Shown: positions 37,340 through 51,510 of the stretch, in pieces | Layout: every line of letters begins with the position of its first letter | Numbering within the stretch: position 1 is the stretch's first letter | NCBI GenBank assembly: GCA_028534125.1 | Contig: CM052817.1 | Span: 18,106,001-18,170,000, forward strand | Direction of reading: 5' to 3' | From: Lama glama | Lineage: Eukaryota | DNA: 64,000 bases | Notes under the pieces: generated by a model | The model's database searches: none | Told to the model about the DNA's origin: nothing | The model's input: the letters and a program-made list of their open reading frames with translations, nothing else | Program-made: the position numbers and the translations under genes

Positions 37340-38725
37340 TGAAATTACTTAGTAAATATTTGAATGTTGACTATATTACAGACATATGATAAGTATGGGG
37401 GACACAGTGATGAACAAGATTGATAAGGTCTTTGTCCCCATGGAGCTTGCATTTTGTTTGTGAAGATGGGGTGGGGGGAAAGCAGTATTTTAATTTGCGA
37501 GAAATGCTACCAAGGAACAAAAGAGACATAAGATAGAGAATAATGTGGATAGTGTGGGGACAGCTATTATTTTAGGTAGTTTGGTTAGGGAAGGCTTCTG
37601 AGAAGGTCACATTTAAGATGACATCTGAAGGATAATAAAGAGCCAAGTCTGTGAAGAATTAGGGAACAGTGTTCAGCTCAGGAGTAAAAGGATGGACAAA
37701 GACCTTGAGGCAAGAAAGAATTTGAATTATTTGAAGAAATGAAAGAGTATCATTTTGACTGAGCATCTTGAAGGAGGGGGAGAGGAGCATGCAATCTGGC
37801 TGTACAGCGGGAAGGGCCAGATGGTGCAAAGCCTCATAGACCTTGTTTGGAGTTTATTCAAGAGGTGATAGGAAGCAGTTTAAGGAGGGGAGTGAAGTGA
37901 TTTGATTGATTTTTGTTTGGCATGTTGTGTGTTTTATACTGTGGAAAAAACACATAACATGAAATTCACCATCTTAACCATTTTTAAATGCATAGTTCAG
38001 TAGTGTTAAGCATATTCACTATTGTTCTACTTTCTGTTTCTGTGAACTTGACTACTTTAGATACCTTACATAAGTGGAATTATATAGTATTTGTGACTAG
38101 CTTATGTGTCTTAGCATAAAGTCCTTGAAGGTTCATCCATGTTGTAGCATGTGACAGGACTTCCTTCCTTCTTAAGGCTGAATAATATTCTATTGTATGT
38201 ATATACTACATTTTTAATGTCCATTCATCTTTTGACAGACTCTTGGGTTGCTTCTACTTTTTGGCTGTTGTAAATAGTGCTGTGAATGTGGGTGTACAAT
38301 ATCTCTTCAAGATTCTGCTTTCAGTTTTTCTGGATATAGTCAGTGATGGGGATTGCCGGGTCATATGATTCTGTTTTTAATTTTTTGAGGAAGCTCATAC
38401 TGTTTTCCTTAGTGGTTGTATCATTTTATAATCCCGCCAACAGAGCACAAGGGTTCCAGTTGCTCCATGATTTATATTTTAAACTTTTCTTTGGCTGCTG
38501 TTGGGGACTGAATTGTTGGGAGCAAGAGTGACCATAGGGAGATGGCCTAGAGGAGTAGTTATTAGGAGTCTAGTTAAGAGTTAATAATGGCTTGGACTAG
38601 AATGGTGGGAGAAAAGGAGGGGTTAACAAGGTATTTTGGAATTCGTATCTACTTGACTTGCTGATAAACTGGGAAACAGGAGTGACAGAAAGGGAGGAAT
38701 CAAGGATAACTCTTAGATGGTTAAC
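37340..38725 (-). mobile_element. L2 LINE interrupted by an L1
   Basis: GGACACAGTGATGAACAAGA...GGTTAGGGAAGGCTTCTGAGAAGGTCACATTTAAG; resumes ~38480 with GGCTTGGACTAGAATGGTGG...GGAATCAAGGATAACTC. Confidence 0.75.
37930..38470 (-). mobile_element. L1MB-like 3'UTR
   Basis: CACATAACATGAAATTCACCATCTTAACCATTTTTAAATGCATAGTTCAGTAGTGTTAAG...AAGGTTCATCCATGTTGTAGCATGTG. Confidence 0.87.
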
Positions 38726-38754
38726 TTCAAGGTTCCTAATGACGTCTGTGATGC

Positions 38755-38975
38755 TAATGCAGGTAATCTTTCCCAGAAGCCCTCAGTATATTTCTTCTCA
38801 TGTCCCATTGGTCAGTCCTGGGTTATTGAACAATGGAAATAGGATTTCCCTAGTTTAGAACAACCATGTTTCATTGTCGTAGGGCTGGTGGAGTGGCCCA
38901 TCTTCCTGAGCACATTGCTGCCCCATATTTGAACAAAATGGAATTTCTCTTAGGAAGGAAGAAGGGAAGGAATAA
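38755..38975 (-). mobile_element. MaLR LTR fragment (MLT1K-like)
   Basis: TCTTTCCCAGAAGCCCTCAG...CCCATTGGTCAG...GAACAAAATGG...TTAGGAAGGAAGAAGGG. Confidence 0.65.
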
Positions 38976-40996
38976 CACATAGTTAATTAGTTTTGTGAGC
39001 TTTGGGGAAGCATCTTGACCTCTTTTGCCTCATTTGGAAAATGGAAGTAAAACTGCCTCACAGAGTTGTGAGGACTCAGTAAAATAGTGCTTAACAGGGA
39101 GTAAATGCTGAATTAATGATTTTTATTGAATCTTTTTATTGAATCTTTACATGATTCTCCCCCTCCCCCAACCATCTTTGTTTTGACTTTGTATTTCTAT
39201 TAACTACACCACTGTTTTCTGATCAACCAAACTGAAATTCTAGGAGTTACATTTGACCTTTTCCCCATTTCCTCCATTCTTATTGCTACCACACTGGTCC
39301 TGAACGGAATCATTTGTGCTAGAGGAGGCAGTTCAGTAATCTTACAACTCCTCTTGTACTCTTATATACTAGTTCATTAATAAAACTTTTATTATTTTCC
39401 ATTTATACTAAATTAAATTTAAACTTGTTGTGAAGTTCATAATGGACACAAACTCCTGCCAGTCTTCTGCATGTCATAAATACACTCTAACAAAATTAGC
39501 CACTCCTTGTTCTTTGAACACACCTTATTTCCTCCTTTATTCCTTTCCTTACATGTTTCCCTCATGCTCGAGTGTCCTCTTAATCTCTGAAGGTCCAAAC
39601 TGAATGTTTATTCAGTCAGTAACTATTGATACTATTCAGTGTTTAGCACACTGTTGTAAGAATTGGAGGTATAATGGTAGGCAGAAATTGACATGGTTCC
39701 TGCTATTCCATGTTTCTTTTGCTGTAAAGTTTTTCCAGAGTCATCTGCAATAAGACATGACTTCTTCCCCCTTGGAACTTTCTTAATAGATTGTTTATAC
39801 TCTTCTTATCACAATTCTGATAGGCGGTATCTGTCTACTTGCATTGTTTTGCAGTGGTTCTTTCTTTTTAACTCACTTGAGGTATCTATTTTGGTATCTT
39901 TCTCTTAAAAGTTATACCATAGTCTTGTAAATACTTTCTGACTTGAAGCTTTGTCTTTGATTGTAATCTGTTGCAATTGCTACCTTACACCTGCATAATG
40001 ATTAATGGTTTACAAATATCCCAAAGTATCCAGCACTTTAACATATATGGGTAGTTAGTGTGGAATACATATAACTTAATCACTGACATCTTATCAAACA
40101 TGTCTCTGTTGGTATTGCAAAATTTTATATGTTAAATATTTTGGGGAAGAGCTGTAGCACATCTTTTCTTGTGACCACTAACTTCTAGTGGAAAAATGTT
40201 CCAGGATCAGCTTTCAGTCTTTCAGTTTTATAAAGCGGTTTATAAAGCAGCATATGAGCAGTTACGATTAATACATTATTCAGTTGGCTTAAGTCATGGA
40301 CTCTTCTTTAATTAATAATTTCACATCTTTTTGAAAGAGTTTAGGGAAATTAAAACAATGTAATTATTAAAAAGGGTAGAATTTTATTCAACTTGTAATC
40401 TCACAGGCTTTAAAACATTTAAAAAGTGCTAGTTAATGTGAAATTAAGAGTAGTAAAGTCAGTAAGTATTAGGCAGGGACTGTGAGATTTCACTGTGCTA
40501 CTTAGTTGGGGAGTGTATTTATTTAACAAATATTTGAATGCCTACTTTAAACTACTAGACACTTCTTAGGTGCTGCAGAAATACAGAGAACTGAACAAAT
40601 GATGTCTCTGCTCTCATGATTTCACATTTAATGCTCTACTTGTTGTGCAGTTGTGGTTTTGCTATATACAGGGTGTGGTCTTTGGACAGATTAGTGACCA
40701 CCACACTTTATGATTGCCACTAAGCCCAGTATTCACTAGTTCCTTTGTAACTGAAGTTGAGTGGTACGTTGATTTTATTTATCAATCTTTTTTACTCATT
40801 TGTAATATCAGTTATACAAGTCATGATAAATCTCTTTGAGTCTTATACAAAGCATATGTAAATACATGTATTCTAAAATCAACTTTAATCCAATATTATA
40901 GACCTAGAACTAGAATCCAAAATCTGTTAACTCCTGATCTTGTTTTTGCCATATGCTATATAATATTTCTTTATGGAATCTATTTTTTTTTCTCAT

Positions 40997-41120
40997 TTTC
41001 CCCTTCCTTCCTTCCTTCCTTCCTTCCTTCCTTCCTTCCTTCCTCTCTCTTCCTTCCCTCCCCTCCTGCCCCTCCATTCCCCTCCCCTCCTGCCTGTCCT
41101 TTCCCCTCCCCTCCGCCTTC
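40997..41120. repeat. (CCTT)n / C-T-rich low-complexity tract
   Basis: About ten CCTT units grading into CCCT repeats. Confidence 0.95.
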
Positions 41121-43324
41121 ACCCACCACAGTCCACCCCTTGCTTGATGTTGCCGCCCCTGCTTGTCATGACCCCACCTGCTCTCCTAGTGCCGGCTTCT
41201 GCCCTCAGCCCACGCTTCTGCCTTGTTAAAGGTGTGTGGTTAACTGTACATTTGATGCCTCCTTGGAAGCCTCTTTTTGGGTGATGCAGCTGTGTGCAGA
41301 CACTAGGCCATCCACTTTTCTGAGCCTATACCTCTGAGCCTGCTATACCTCTGTCAGTTTTTGTATTTTTATTTGCAGCTCTTGGAATTTACTCAGATTT
41401 CCTCTTCTTTTTATTTATTTTAGCTTTATTATTTTTTTCTATGTTAGTATGTTTGCTACCATTTGTAGAGTCTTAAAAAGAAAATTACCAAAATCAGTTC
41501 ATATTGTGTGCCTTAATATGTACTTCTAAATTAAAAATTTATTTTACCTTCGGAGTCTACTTTAAAATGTCATAGAAACATGCAGATATGTTGGCCCTCT
41601 GAATTTAGTCAAAACAAAAATAAATGATAGATTGCTTAAACTTGCTCATAAAATTATTACCTAGCTTTTATTGTGTACTGAAAATTTAGTTTTACATTTT
41701 GAAAGTCTTTAAAAATTCATTTTCAGGTAGGTGGCTGATAGTCATATATTATTCATCATAAGCCTTGTATATTTAACTATTAATAATTAGGACTTTTTTC
41801 ATATTCTAGATTAATAAAGGAATAAAAACTTGTTACGATATTCTGGAACCTCAAATTTATAATGAAACAACATGGGAATAGGCTTTGCTTAGGAAATAAA
41901 AGATAATAAGATAAATAAGTCTTTTTTTGTCTTCATTCAGCTTTTCAAGATTTCTAGATAAACAGCAGCTGTTTTTGGTTAAATACAAATTCCAGTGCAA
42001 GACATGATATGTTTATAGATAATTCCTTTCTAATCATGATTAAGATGTTCCTGAAAAATCTTACCCTAGCACAATTTGAAATTGAGGTACTGAGATCTTA
42101 TGGGAAAAATAAGCTTTGAAGTGAGGATCAATAGACACATGTAAGTCTATTTAATGTTTATATTTGCTGAAAGAAAAGACCATAGTAAAGAATCATTTGC
42201 ATGTTCTGAATTAGTAATTTAGAAAAGTGAATTTCTATTTATTGTCCTTCTGTTATAAGGAACTGTTCAGAATTTCCTTCTATAACTTGTGAGATGCTCA
42301 AAAACTCATTTTAGGTTATGTACACTAAGGAGCATATTAGTATGCTCCTTAATGTTTAGTCCATTGAAAAGTTAGACATCCTTGTTTGTTAATGGAATTG
42401 TTGCTTCTTACCTCTTAGGGTCCACAGTGGTACCAGACATACTGATTAACTTGGATAAATAAAATGGGAAAAGTTTTGGGTAAATTTATTTAGCAAGTCT
42501 TTGAACATCTCCACAACTGTAGCTTAGATATCTTCAGTAATTCCCAGGATATTGGTAGAACTCGAATTCTGCCTGTAGGAACCTTGGATCAGGAGATATG
42601 AGGATGCTAAACATTCTGATTTGGCTCTGTTCCCACCACTTAAGTGGGTCTTTGGATCTTAGCACTTTCCCAGCCTTTAGACATGGGAATACTTTTAAGG
42701 CCAGGTAGACTTTACCTAGGTTTCTTTTAATTCAAGATTGCACTTTAAAAGTCTCAACTCTGGCTTTTCCCTGCTTTATTATTGTCAGTCTCTCTAGATC
42801 CCTCTTTTTTCCAGTCTTCCCTCACACAAGTGTTTTCAATAGTGAAAATGATAAACCATAAATAAATTTGTGGTAGAATTATCACAAACTAAAATTATGA
42901 TCCCAGAGGATTTACTAAATTCATATATAATTGTTTTTATAACTCATAACTAAATGCCTTAATGTACTTGCTGAAAAATAAGTTTTTTTGGCCAAAATAA
43001 TATAGTCTGAACATCCACATTTGTTTGGTGGCTATTGGGAAGAAACTATTAATATGTGTTTGTTGGGTTATACTTCACAGTTTAAGTCGTTTTCATGTCT
43101 CATCACATCTTGCTTCTGTTTTATCCTTTTCCTCTAATTCATTTTTATGTGGAGATAGTAAATAAGGTCATATTTTTATAGATAATGGAAAATATTTTTA
43201 TAATATCTGCAAAATACATAGTCTCCAGTAGCTAATTATTTCAAGCTGTATCTTTGTTGAAAACTTTTCCTTTAACTTGCTTTATTCAAGACATTGATAA
43301 CTTCACAATTTTAAGTTTTCTGAC

Positions 43325-44720
43325 CTCTTTAGGTCTGTGGTTTGTTGTCTTTATTTGATTTTGGAAAGTCTCAACCATTTATCTTTTTAGATAATTCTCT
43401 TGTGCTATTTTTCTTCTTTGGGACTCTAATTAACTGTATGTTAGACCATTTGATATTGTCCCACAATTGTTGGGTGCTCCCCCCCTTTTTTTAAGCACTC
43501 CTCCTTTTTTTTCTCTTTTTGCTTTGCTTTGGATAATTTCTATTGGCCTGTTTTAAGGTCACTGATAATCCTATCAAGGGAATTCTCCAACTTTGCAATT
43601 ACGTTTTTTAATTTTAGTATTATCATTTGACTCTCTTTTGTAGTTTCCATGTCTCTGCTGAAATCCTCCATCTGTTCATACATGTTGTCTAGATCCTTTA
43701 ACATATTAATCTTTTCCTCTAGATCTTTTAATGTATTAATCATAGTTATTTTAGCATCCCTGTCTGGCATTTCTAACATCTGTGTTACCTCTGTGTTTGG
43801 TTCTGTTGTTTGCTTTATCTCTTGACAGTGGGTTTGTTTTTCCTTGCTTTATTATTTATCTCATAATTTTTTTAAAATTAAATTTTATTTATTTATTTTT
43901 ATACTTATTTTCTAATCAGTCTTTTTTTTGGAGATGGGAAGGTAATTAGATTTTTATTTAATTTTTTTTTTAATGGAAGTACTGGTAATTGAACCCAGGA
44001 CCTTGTGCATGCTGAGCACGTGCTCTACCACTGATCTATACCCTCCCCTGCTATGTCTCATAAATTTTGATTGTATGATAGAACAGTTGAGACTGAGGTA
44101 AATGTTGTGTATGTCCAGAAATGGGTTCACTTTTTCTATTAGACTATTCTATTAGACTGTCAGTTTGGTAGCTTGAGTCAGTTTTGTCACTAGTTGAGCT
44201 AGGTATGGCTCTGTCATTGTCACCTTCACACCACAGACTTCACATTTCCCCAGTGGAGTGTTGCTGTTTGTGCTTTGTGCGGCCTGAATAATGCTCCTAC
44301 TCCACTGACAGCTGTCAGCAGCGTGGCTGCACTGTCGAGGGGCATGCTGTGTGTGCGCTAGGTTTGCGGTGGGAGTGGAGAAGTTCTTGGTTCTCCTGAT
44401 CTACCTTCAGGCTTAGGTAGGGCTTGTGAGCCTGGACCTTGAGAGTGGGGCTTTCTAAGTCTTCCTTTTCCCCTAGTGACAGCTAAATTCTGCCTTGTGT
44501 CTGAGGGAGGAGTGAGGCTAGAGGGAGTTTCCTGGCTCCTGTCCAGTGGTAGCTTACTGCTTAGCTCCAGTATGTGATTGTGGACCAAGTGGGCTTCTTG
44601 TCTTTCTCCTGAGGTAGTGGGCTTTTACTTCTCCCTCTCTCTCAGGAGCAGTGGGTCTTTGCCTGGGCCCTGGGGATGGGAGGAGATATCCACTTCTCCT
44701 GGTCAGGGTTTCTCCCTCAG
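43325..44720 (-). mobile_element. Old L1 5' region with ORF1 coiled-coil remnant
   Basis: ORF 43540-43779(-) MLEMPDRDAKITMINTLKDL...EQMEDFSRDMETTKESQMIILKLKN resembles the L1 ORF1p N-terminus. Confidence 0.7.
43867..44049 (-). mobile_element. Camelid tRNA-Ala-derived SINE, long form
   Basis: TTGAACCCAGGACCTTGTGCATGCTGAGCACGTGCTCTACCACTGATCTATACCCTCCCC; TCTCATAA on both flanks. Confidence 0.88.
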
Positions 44721-45639
44721 ACACTGACTAATGCTGGTTTTTGATATATGTCTCTGTGCTAATTCTTTCCACATTTTGAAATGTGTTCTCTTATCCTGGT
44801 ATTCACTTGTATTCCCTATCTGGGTCTTGACTTCCTATTGATAATTGCTGCCCAGACCCCTCCATGGTCTAACTTAATTTCTAGTCTTGTGCTCTTTCTG
44901 CATTGCGCTAAGGTTGAGTCATTAACATTACTTAAGTAAAGTAATTACTGAAAAGGCAGTAAGCTTTTCAATTATTTTTGATTCAGAAATTACCAGTTGT
45001 TTTAGTTGATATCCTTGACTGTGTATAATACAAAACCCTCTAGACCTTGGATTGCTGTGTAATTTGCACCAAAAAGTCTCTATTGAGGATTCCATCATTT
45101 TCTTTAGCTGATTTCACAACCTGATGGTTGTCACAGTTTTTATTCTTCATTGCTCACCTGTGGTGTAGAGTGCATGGTTTTGTAGAGATGAGTCAGATGA
45201 CCTGGGTTTAAATCCCTGCTCTACCATTTCTTTTTATCTGTCTATTTATCCACAACATATTTATTGACTCCCTTGTCTATTCCGGGTGCAGAGTCATCAC
45301 TATGACTTCTGGCAGCTTTAATTTATTGAGCACAGTCATTGTGTTAAGTGTTTTTCATAGGTTCACATTTAATCCTTCCAACAACTCTATCAGAGCCGTA
45401 GGGTTTTTTTTTTTTTTTTTGGTAGTAATTATTTGAGGAAATACTGAATAATTATTTTAGGAAACTGAAGTCCTGAATAGTTAAGAATCATGCCCACAAC
45501 CTCTAGATAATAAGAGAAGCAAACTTCCCACAAACATTATAATGTTTATCTGATAGTACTTCATAATATACTTAACTCTTCCTCTATTACTAGGATCACA
45601 CCTTAGTTTTAGTTTTACAAATAATGATTCAGCCAGACT

Positions 45640-46425
45640 CCTAGGGGCTAAATACTTGATTGTTCTGAATTCTCATTTACTGCATCTAGACCATCCGTCA
45701 GTAAATACTATGAGTTCTGACTATCCACATACAGTTTGAGTTTCTCCACTTTTCCGTATCCCCATTGCCATCACTCTGGTCCAGGTCCCCATTTCCCCTC
45801 CCTGGATTCCTGGAGCAGCTTCCTAACTTCTTGTTATTGCTCTTGACTTTCCAGTCTGTTCTCTCCAAAGCCTGTAAAAATGCACATAAGATCATTTCCT
45901 TCCCCCTTCAGTGGCTTTCCTTTGTAATTACAATAAAATAGAAACATTTTATCCTTGCCTGCAAATCCCTGCTTGTTCTGGCCCCTGCCTACCTCTCCAT
46001 ATTAATCTCTTTTCATCTTTTTACCCAACACTGATTTCCTTTCTGCTGCTAAAATATGCCAGACTCTGCCTGTTTCTGAGTCTTGGCACTTGAGGTTTCC
46101 TGTCTTCACTGTTCCTCTATTCCACATCAGCTTTTTGCATGGCCGACTTTAGTTTTTGGTTTTGTATCTTTCTCAGAAAGACCTTTTTGGTGACCACCTA
46201 TACTATCAGTCTCCTTCCTTCCTCTCCCCAGTAAATACACAAAGCACCTTTAACACTTAGATACACTTAGAGCTAGAAATTGTATTTTAATACATTTATT
46301 AACTTACTCTCTGTACTTACCCATAGAGTTGTCAGCTCCTAAAGAATTGGACCCTCGTCTCTCTTGTTCATAAATTACCTAAATGGTATCATAGGTAATC
46401 TGTAAAACTTTTTGGATAATGAATG
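45640..46425 (+). mobile_element. L2 LINE
   Basis: CCCCATTGCCATCACTCTGGTCCAGGTCCCCAT...CAGCTTCCTAACT...CAGTGGCTTTCC. Confidence 0.7.
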
Positions 46426-49400
46426 CCTTGATTTATATTTTGATCTTTCCCCCACTAAGTCTAGAAAACCAAAGCAGAATTAAGCTAAAGGAAATGATTA
46501 ATGTATTTTAAACTATATGTGCTAATTTAAACATTTCAGAAGTGATTTCCCCTCTTTTTATTTAGATCTTATAAATACTTAAAATGGGTGGTGTGCCATC
46601 TCAATTTTCATTCTTCTTTTATATAGTTTTTTTAAATTATTATTATGAACTTGGGAAATACAAATGTATCAAAGAGAAAACAAATCTCACCCTCAGAACC
46701 ACTTTGACGTTGTTCTTTTTTATATACAGTAAGTATCATTACATAGTTACAGTCCTTTTAAATGCAATTTTGCATCTTGCTTTTTAAAATCTTACCTATT
46801 CAGAGCTTTTCGCTAACTGTTAAATGGAATAGAGCATTTATTATCTACATGTTCTTATTGTTGGGAAGATTCCCATTGTTAAATAGATTGTCTTCAGTTT
46901 TTCTGTTAAAAATACCGTTACAAACATTTATGTGCATAAGCTCTTTCTGCATTTAGATTTTAAGGGTATGTTCCCCAAAGTGTGTACTATTGGATTATTT
47001 TAAGATTTTAAAAATATATATTTTGGCAGTATATATATAAAATATATATTTTCTTACTGCATATATTACTGCCAAATTGCTTTCTGGAAGGATTGTTTTT
47101 TGAGTGGCCATTGGTGTTTTCATTGAAAAAGAACCTTTGCTATTTTGTGTGCAATATCGTGTTTCATTTCTTTAATTATTAGAGTTTGAATGTTTTCCCC
47201 TTTGTGTATTGTTAAACACATTGCCCTTTGTGACGCTGAAGTGGTTCTGACAACAGATCTCTTCTCTTAAACTAATGAGAGGGTAAAGCCTGATTCTTCC
47301 TGACATTCCATTATTGTGAGTCTTGTAAAAGTGTGATATTATTGAAAGGATGAGTTTTCTGATAGATTAATTGTGCTTCCATTTTTTCCCAATGTTGTTG
47401 AAGTTTCAGCTGTTGATAGTTTTTCCCCCCTCCTTTTAATTCTTATTTAATCCAGAAACCTAGTTTCTTGAATTTCTTGAATTTAATAAATCAAATTTCT
47501 GAGGGGTAAGTTACCATGAGTATTACACCTATTGGTTGTCTTTATTTTCTATTGCAGGTTTCTCTTGAATATTAACTCCTTTCCAAATGGTGAAGTCCAT
47601 GATACCTAATTGCATAGTTAGTCTGAAGTTTGTGTTATTCATCTCTTTTATGACTTGACCTATAATATGTAACTCTAGGGACTAACAGTGTGTGTTATAA
47701 GCCATGGGGACTGGTGGTCAGAGAAAACTGCAGAGTGAGAAAGAGGGAGGGTTGGGAATGGAAGACAGGCATGGAATGAAGGGAAGAACTAGGGCTTTAG
47801 AGTAATGTAAAGCTGCATTTTAACTGTGTACCATTTACTAACTTAAAGTTTCTGTGCCTTAGTTTCTTGGGGAAAAAGGGAGATGGTGATTTCTGTCTTT
47901 CAAGGTTACAGTAAAGGTTAAATTATACACACACAGCAGGTATATACCTGTGCTGTATAGTGTATTATTTGGTGCTCAGTAGATTAGCTTTATTTTCTCT
48001 TGGAAAATATAGGGAGTGTCACAATGTCTGGGAAGACCATATTGTAGAAACATAGGTGTGAGTTGTACTAGCATATGTTAAGACATTGTGATGCCAACCA
48101 TATGCAGTAAGTTACACTGTCGTGGGCAAAGCAATTTAACAGATTTATTCTCTGTAATCAAGCTGTAGTGGAAATAGAATTGTGTAATTAAAATAAGGTA
48201 TGAAAAGACTCTTTGAAGGTTAATTTAAAATGAAAACTTCCTGCTATGTTTATTATAATTTTTTGAAAGAGATTTAATGCTGTATCAAATAATGCTCCTT
48301 TTGTAATTGAAGGAGTACTGTTGCTATACTGTAAATCTGCAAGATTGTGTTTTTTGATAGGATGTTGATAACTTAATTTCATATTAGATGCCCATCAATT
48401 GGATCCTCAGTATTCTCTGAAAAGTTATTGTTAAAATAAGATTATCAAATTGTCACCTGGGTTAACACCTGGGAAATGGTTAATCCTCTTGGTAAACTAG
48501 GTATGGTTACCTCACATGGGATTGGCATAAAGGGATTAGATACCTGAGTTGTTTACATTCCTTTGGAAGAGAAGATGCTTGCTCTAGAATTCAGTGAAAC
48601 ACAATTGGGCCTAAGAGTTACAACTTCTCATCTTTATAATGAACCAGTTCCTGGAGAGCATTCCTCAGTCCCTTCTGTGTGCCGTCCTTTGTGCCAGCTC
48701 TGGGAATGGGGACTTGAGGTATTTATAATCTAATGAGGAAGAGTGGGTATAACTACAGAACATTGTGATAAAGGGTGTATAAAGACTTGTAAGGGATAAA
48801 AGGATCATGAGAGAATAAGGTGGAGGAGATAAATGAAACGGCTCTGATGTAAAATGGACTTGTGCCATTTTAATCAAGGTGAACAAGATACCTACGTAAT
48901 AGGGTTGTTGTAAACAATAAATAAGATCAGTGTAGGAAAAATGTTTAGCACAGTGTTTGCCACATAGTAACGCTTACAAAGTGTTAGCTGTTAGTATTTA
49001 AATTCCTACAGTTTCTTTCTGTGGTGATTCAGTGCTCTAAATGGTTATTTTTAAAAATTCTTTAAGATAATTGGAGTAAAGGGTTAAGAAAGAACCAGAA
49101 TGGGACTGGAGTATGATTTATTGCTACTATCTCAACTTCTTTGGGAAATTCAAATATAAAGAAAGCTAATAATAGTTAATGATCCTGCTTTATAGAAAGA
49201 GTACTGTACATGTTATTTTAAGAAGGGGCTTTTTGTTGCATTCCGGTGCCCATCTGTCAGTTGGCTACGGTAGAAACACCCTGCTGACTTAGCATCGTTG
49301 GGAGATTAAGTATCCCACGTGAGTGGAGAGCCAGCATTTATTGAATACTGACTATGTGTCACGCGCTCTTCTGAACGCTCTGCATGGAGTAACTCCTTTA

Positions 49401-50792
49401 GTCCTCACAACAAGATTATGAGGTAGAGCTCCACTTCCCAGGTGAGGTAACAGAGGCCCATGTTAAGTACATGTTCACAGAGTGGTAAAGATGGGATTCT
49501 GCCAACAAGCATGCGAATCCTTAACCTCTTTTGACTCTTGAATAATTGCAGCTTAAGTCCTTTGAATTATAAACCTGTTTTATGTCGAACACTTTGGAAG
49601 CAAATTATTTCTAAAATTTGTTACTTCCCTGTCTTCTGCTGCGTACGGGTTCACAGGCACAGTGTTACTGGTGTTCTCTGCCAAAGCACGGGTGTTCTTC
49701 AGGACTGTTGGTTGTGTAGAGCTATTCAGCCTTAGCTTTCATGGCCTTGAACTGCTGAACCTTATTTCTTCATAAGCTTTTTACTTAAATACGACAGTAC
49801 AGAAAAAGGCTCAAAAATCACTGGACCGCTTAGCTATTTTTTACAAAGTGAATGATCCCATATTACCAGTACCCAGGTCAGGAAACATACTACCTTCACC
49901 CCTGGTGTCCCTCATGCCCCCTTATAATCACTGTCTGCTTCTCTGTCCAGGGTTAACCACTACTTCAGTGCTACAGGATAGCTTTCTTGTTTCTGAATGT
50001 AATATAAATGTAGAATCATCTACATATGGTTACATCATAGTTTATTCATTGTGTATACACACACACACTTAAAATGTTTTGGTATCTGGAAGATGGGTGT
50101 CAAGGCTTTAGTTGTCATAACTATTGGTAGTGTGATGGATTCTCCTTTGAGTAAAGCGTTTAGAGTATTTGTCTGTGATATTTGTGATATCTTTTTTCAT
50201 TGCTGAGAATTTGTTTTTAAGGTCTATCTGTTTTGCCTAGGTGAAGTCAGAAGGAGCTTTCAGATAAGTGCAGTGTTTAACTGTGCTTATCAGTCTAAGG
50301 AGTTCAGGAGCAGAGAAACTCAAAATGTAAGGTCCAGTGTACTTGCATTATGAGAATGTAGCTAATTTAGCACCTCAGATTATAGATAGGGTGTACATAT
50401 ATGCAGTTTATATATACATACACAGTGTTGACTTATCCTAAGTACTAGAGATTTCATGATGGTTTATTGAAAAATTCATGTAAACTTTGCTTCAAATCTG
50501 ATCTTTAGATACGAGATATAGAAATGATTACCATGGGCCAGTTCCTCTTATTTGCCAAATAAGGAAGTTGGGACCTTGAAAGCTCATAATTTGTGGTTAA
50601 GCGGAAAACAAGAAAAATACGACAGGTGGAACATTCACTTTCCTTTTATATTCGTTATAAAACCAAATCAGTAAGAATGATGGAAGGAGAACTAGGAAAG
50701 TACATCAAATTTTCTTGATTAAAGCTTTTACTATTCAACAGCATATTCATATAATTGAGAAGACTGTTTGAAAATTTAATATAAGGCTAATG

Positions 50793-51510
50793 TATTAATT
50801 CAACATACTTATTGAGTACTTTGAGACATTGTTCTGGGCACTGGAGCATGAATGAATAAAACAAAACAAAACAATGAGTCTACACTTAAATGGGTAAGAC
50901 ATAGTAAAGAAGTAGAGAAATAAATACGTATCAGGTTGAGAGGTAATAAATGCTATGAAAGAAAATTAAGTAAGGGGAATAAAGAGTGTCAGGGCAGAGT
51001 CTATGTGTGTATGTGTTGTTTTGTATACAGTGGTCAGAGAAGGCATAGGTGACATTTGAGAAGAGGGAAGAAAGAGACAGTGTTGCAAGTACCCTTAGGT
51101 GGAGGGAACAGCAGGTGTTGTGGGTCCTGATGTGGATGGAGCATGCTTGGATTTTGGAGAAACTTCCAGGGAGACTCCTGGGCTGGTGTGGATTAAGCAG
51201 TGGAGAGATGTTGGGGAATTAAATTAGAAAGGTAGGCAAGGCTGGAATGTACAGGGTCTTGTAGATTGATGTAAGGATATTGGTATTTCTCTGACTGAGA
51301 TGGGGAGCCACTAGTGGGTTTTGAGAAGAGTTGTGACGTGGTGTAACTTGTGTAGTACCGGGATCACTTCAGTGATTTCATTGAGATGAGACTGTAGAAG
51401 GGCTGTAGTCTCAGGGAGCAGGGAGATTAGTTAGGAGGCTTTTGTTGGTCGGTGGGGGAGGGAATGGTGGAGCTCCGGGGCTAGCAGTGGAGATGGTGGG
51501 AGATGTGGTA
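50793..51510 (-). mobile_element. L2 LINE
   Basis: ATTCAACATACTTATTGAGTAC...GTGGTCAGAGAAGGC...GAGATGGGGAGCCACTAGTGGGTTTTGAG. Confidence 0.8.

Noticed and set aside
43688..43742. ~30-bp tandem duplication (TCTAGATC...TATTAATC) and other short duplications at 39120, 41324 and 44137
   Set aside because: Two-copy slippage duplications with no array structure; not CRISPR-like.
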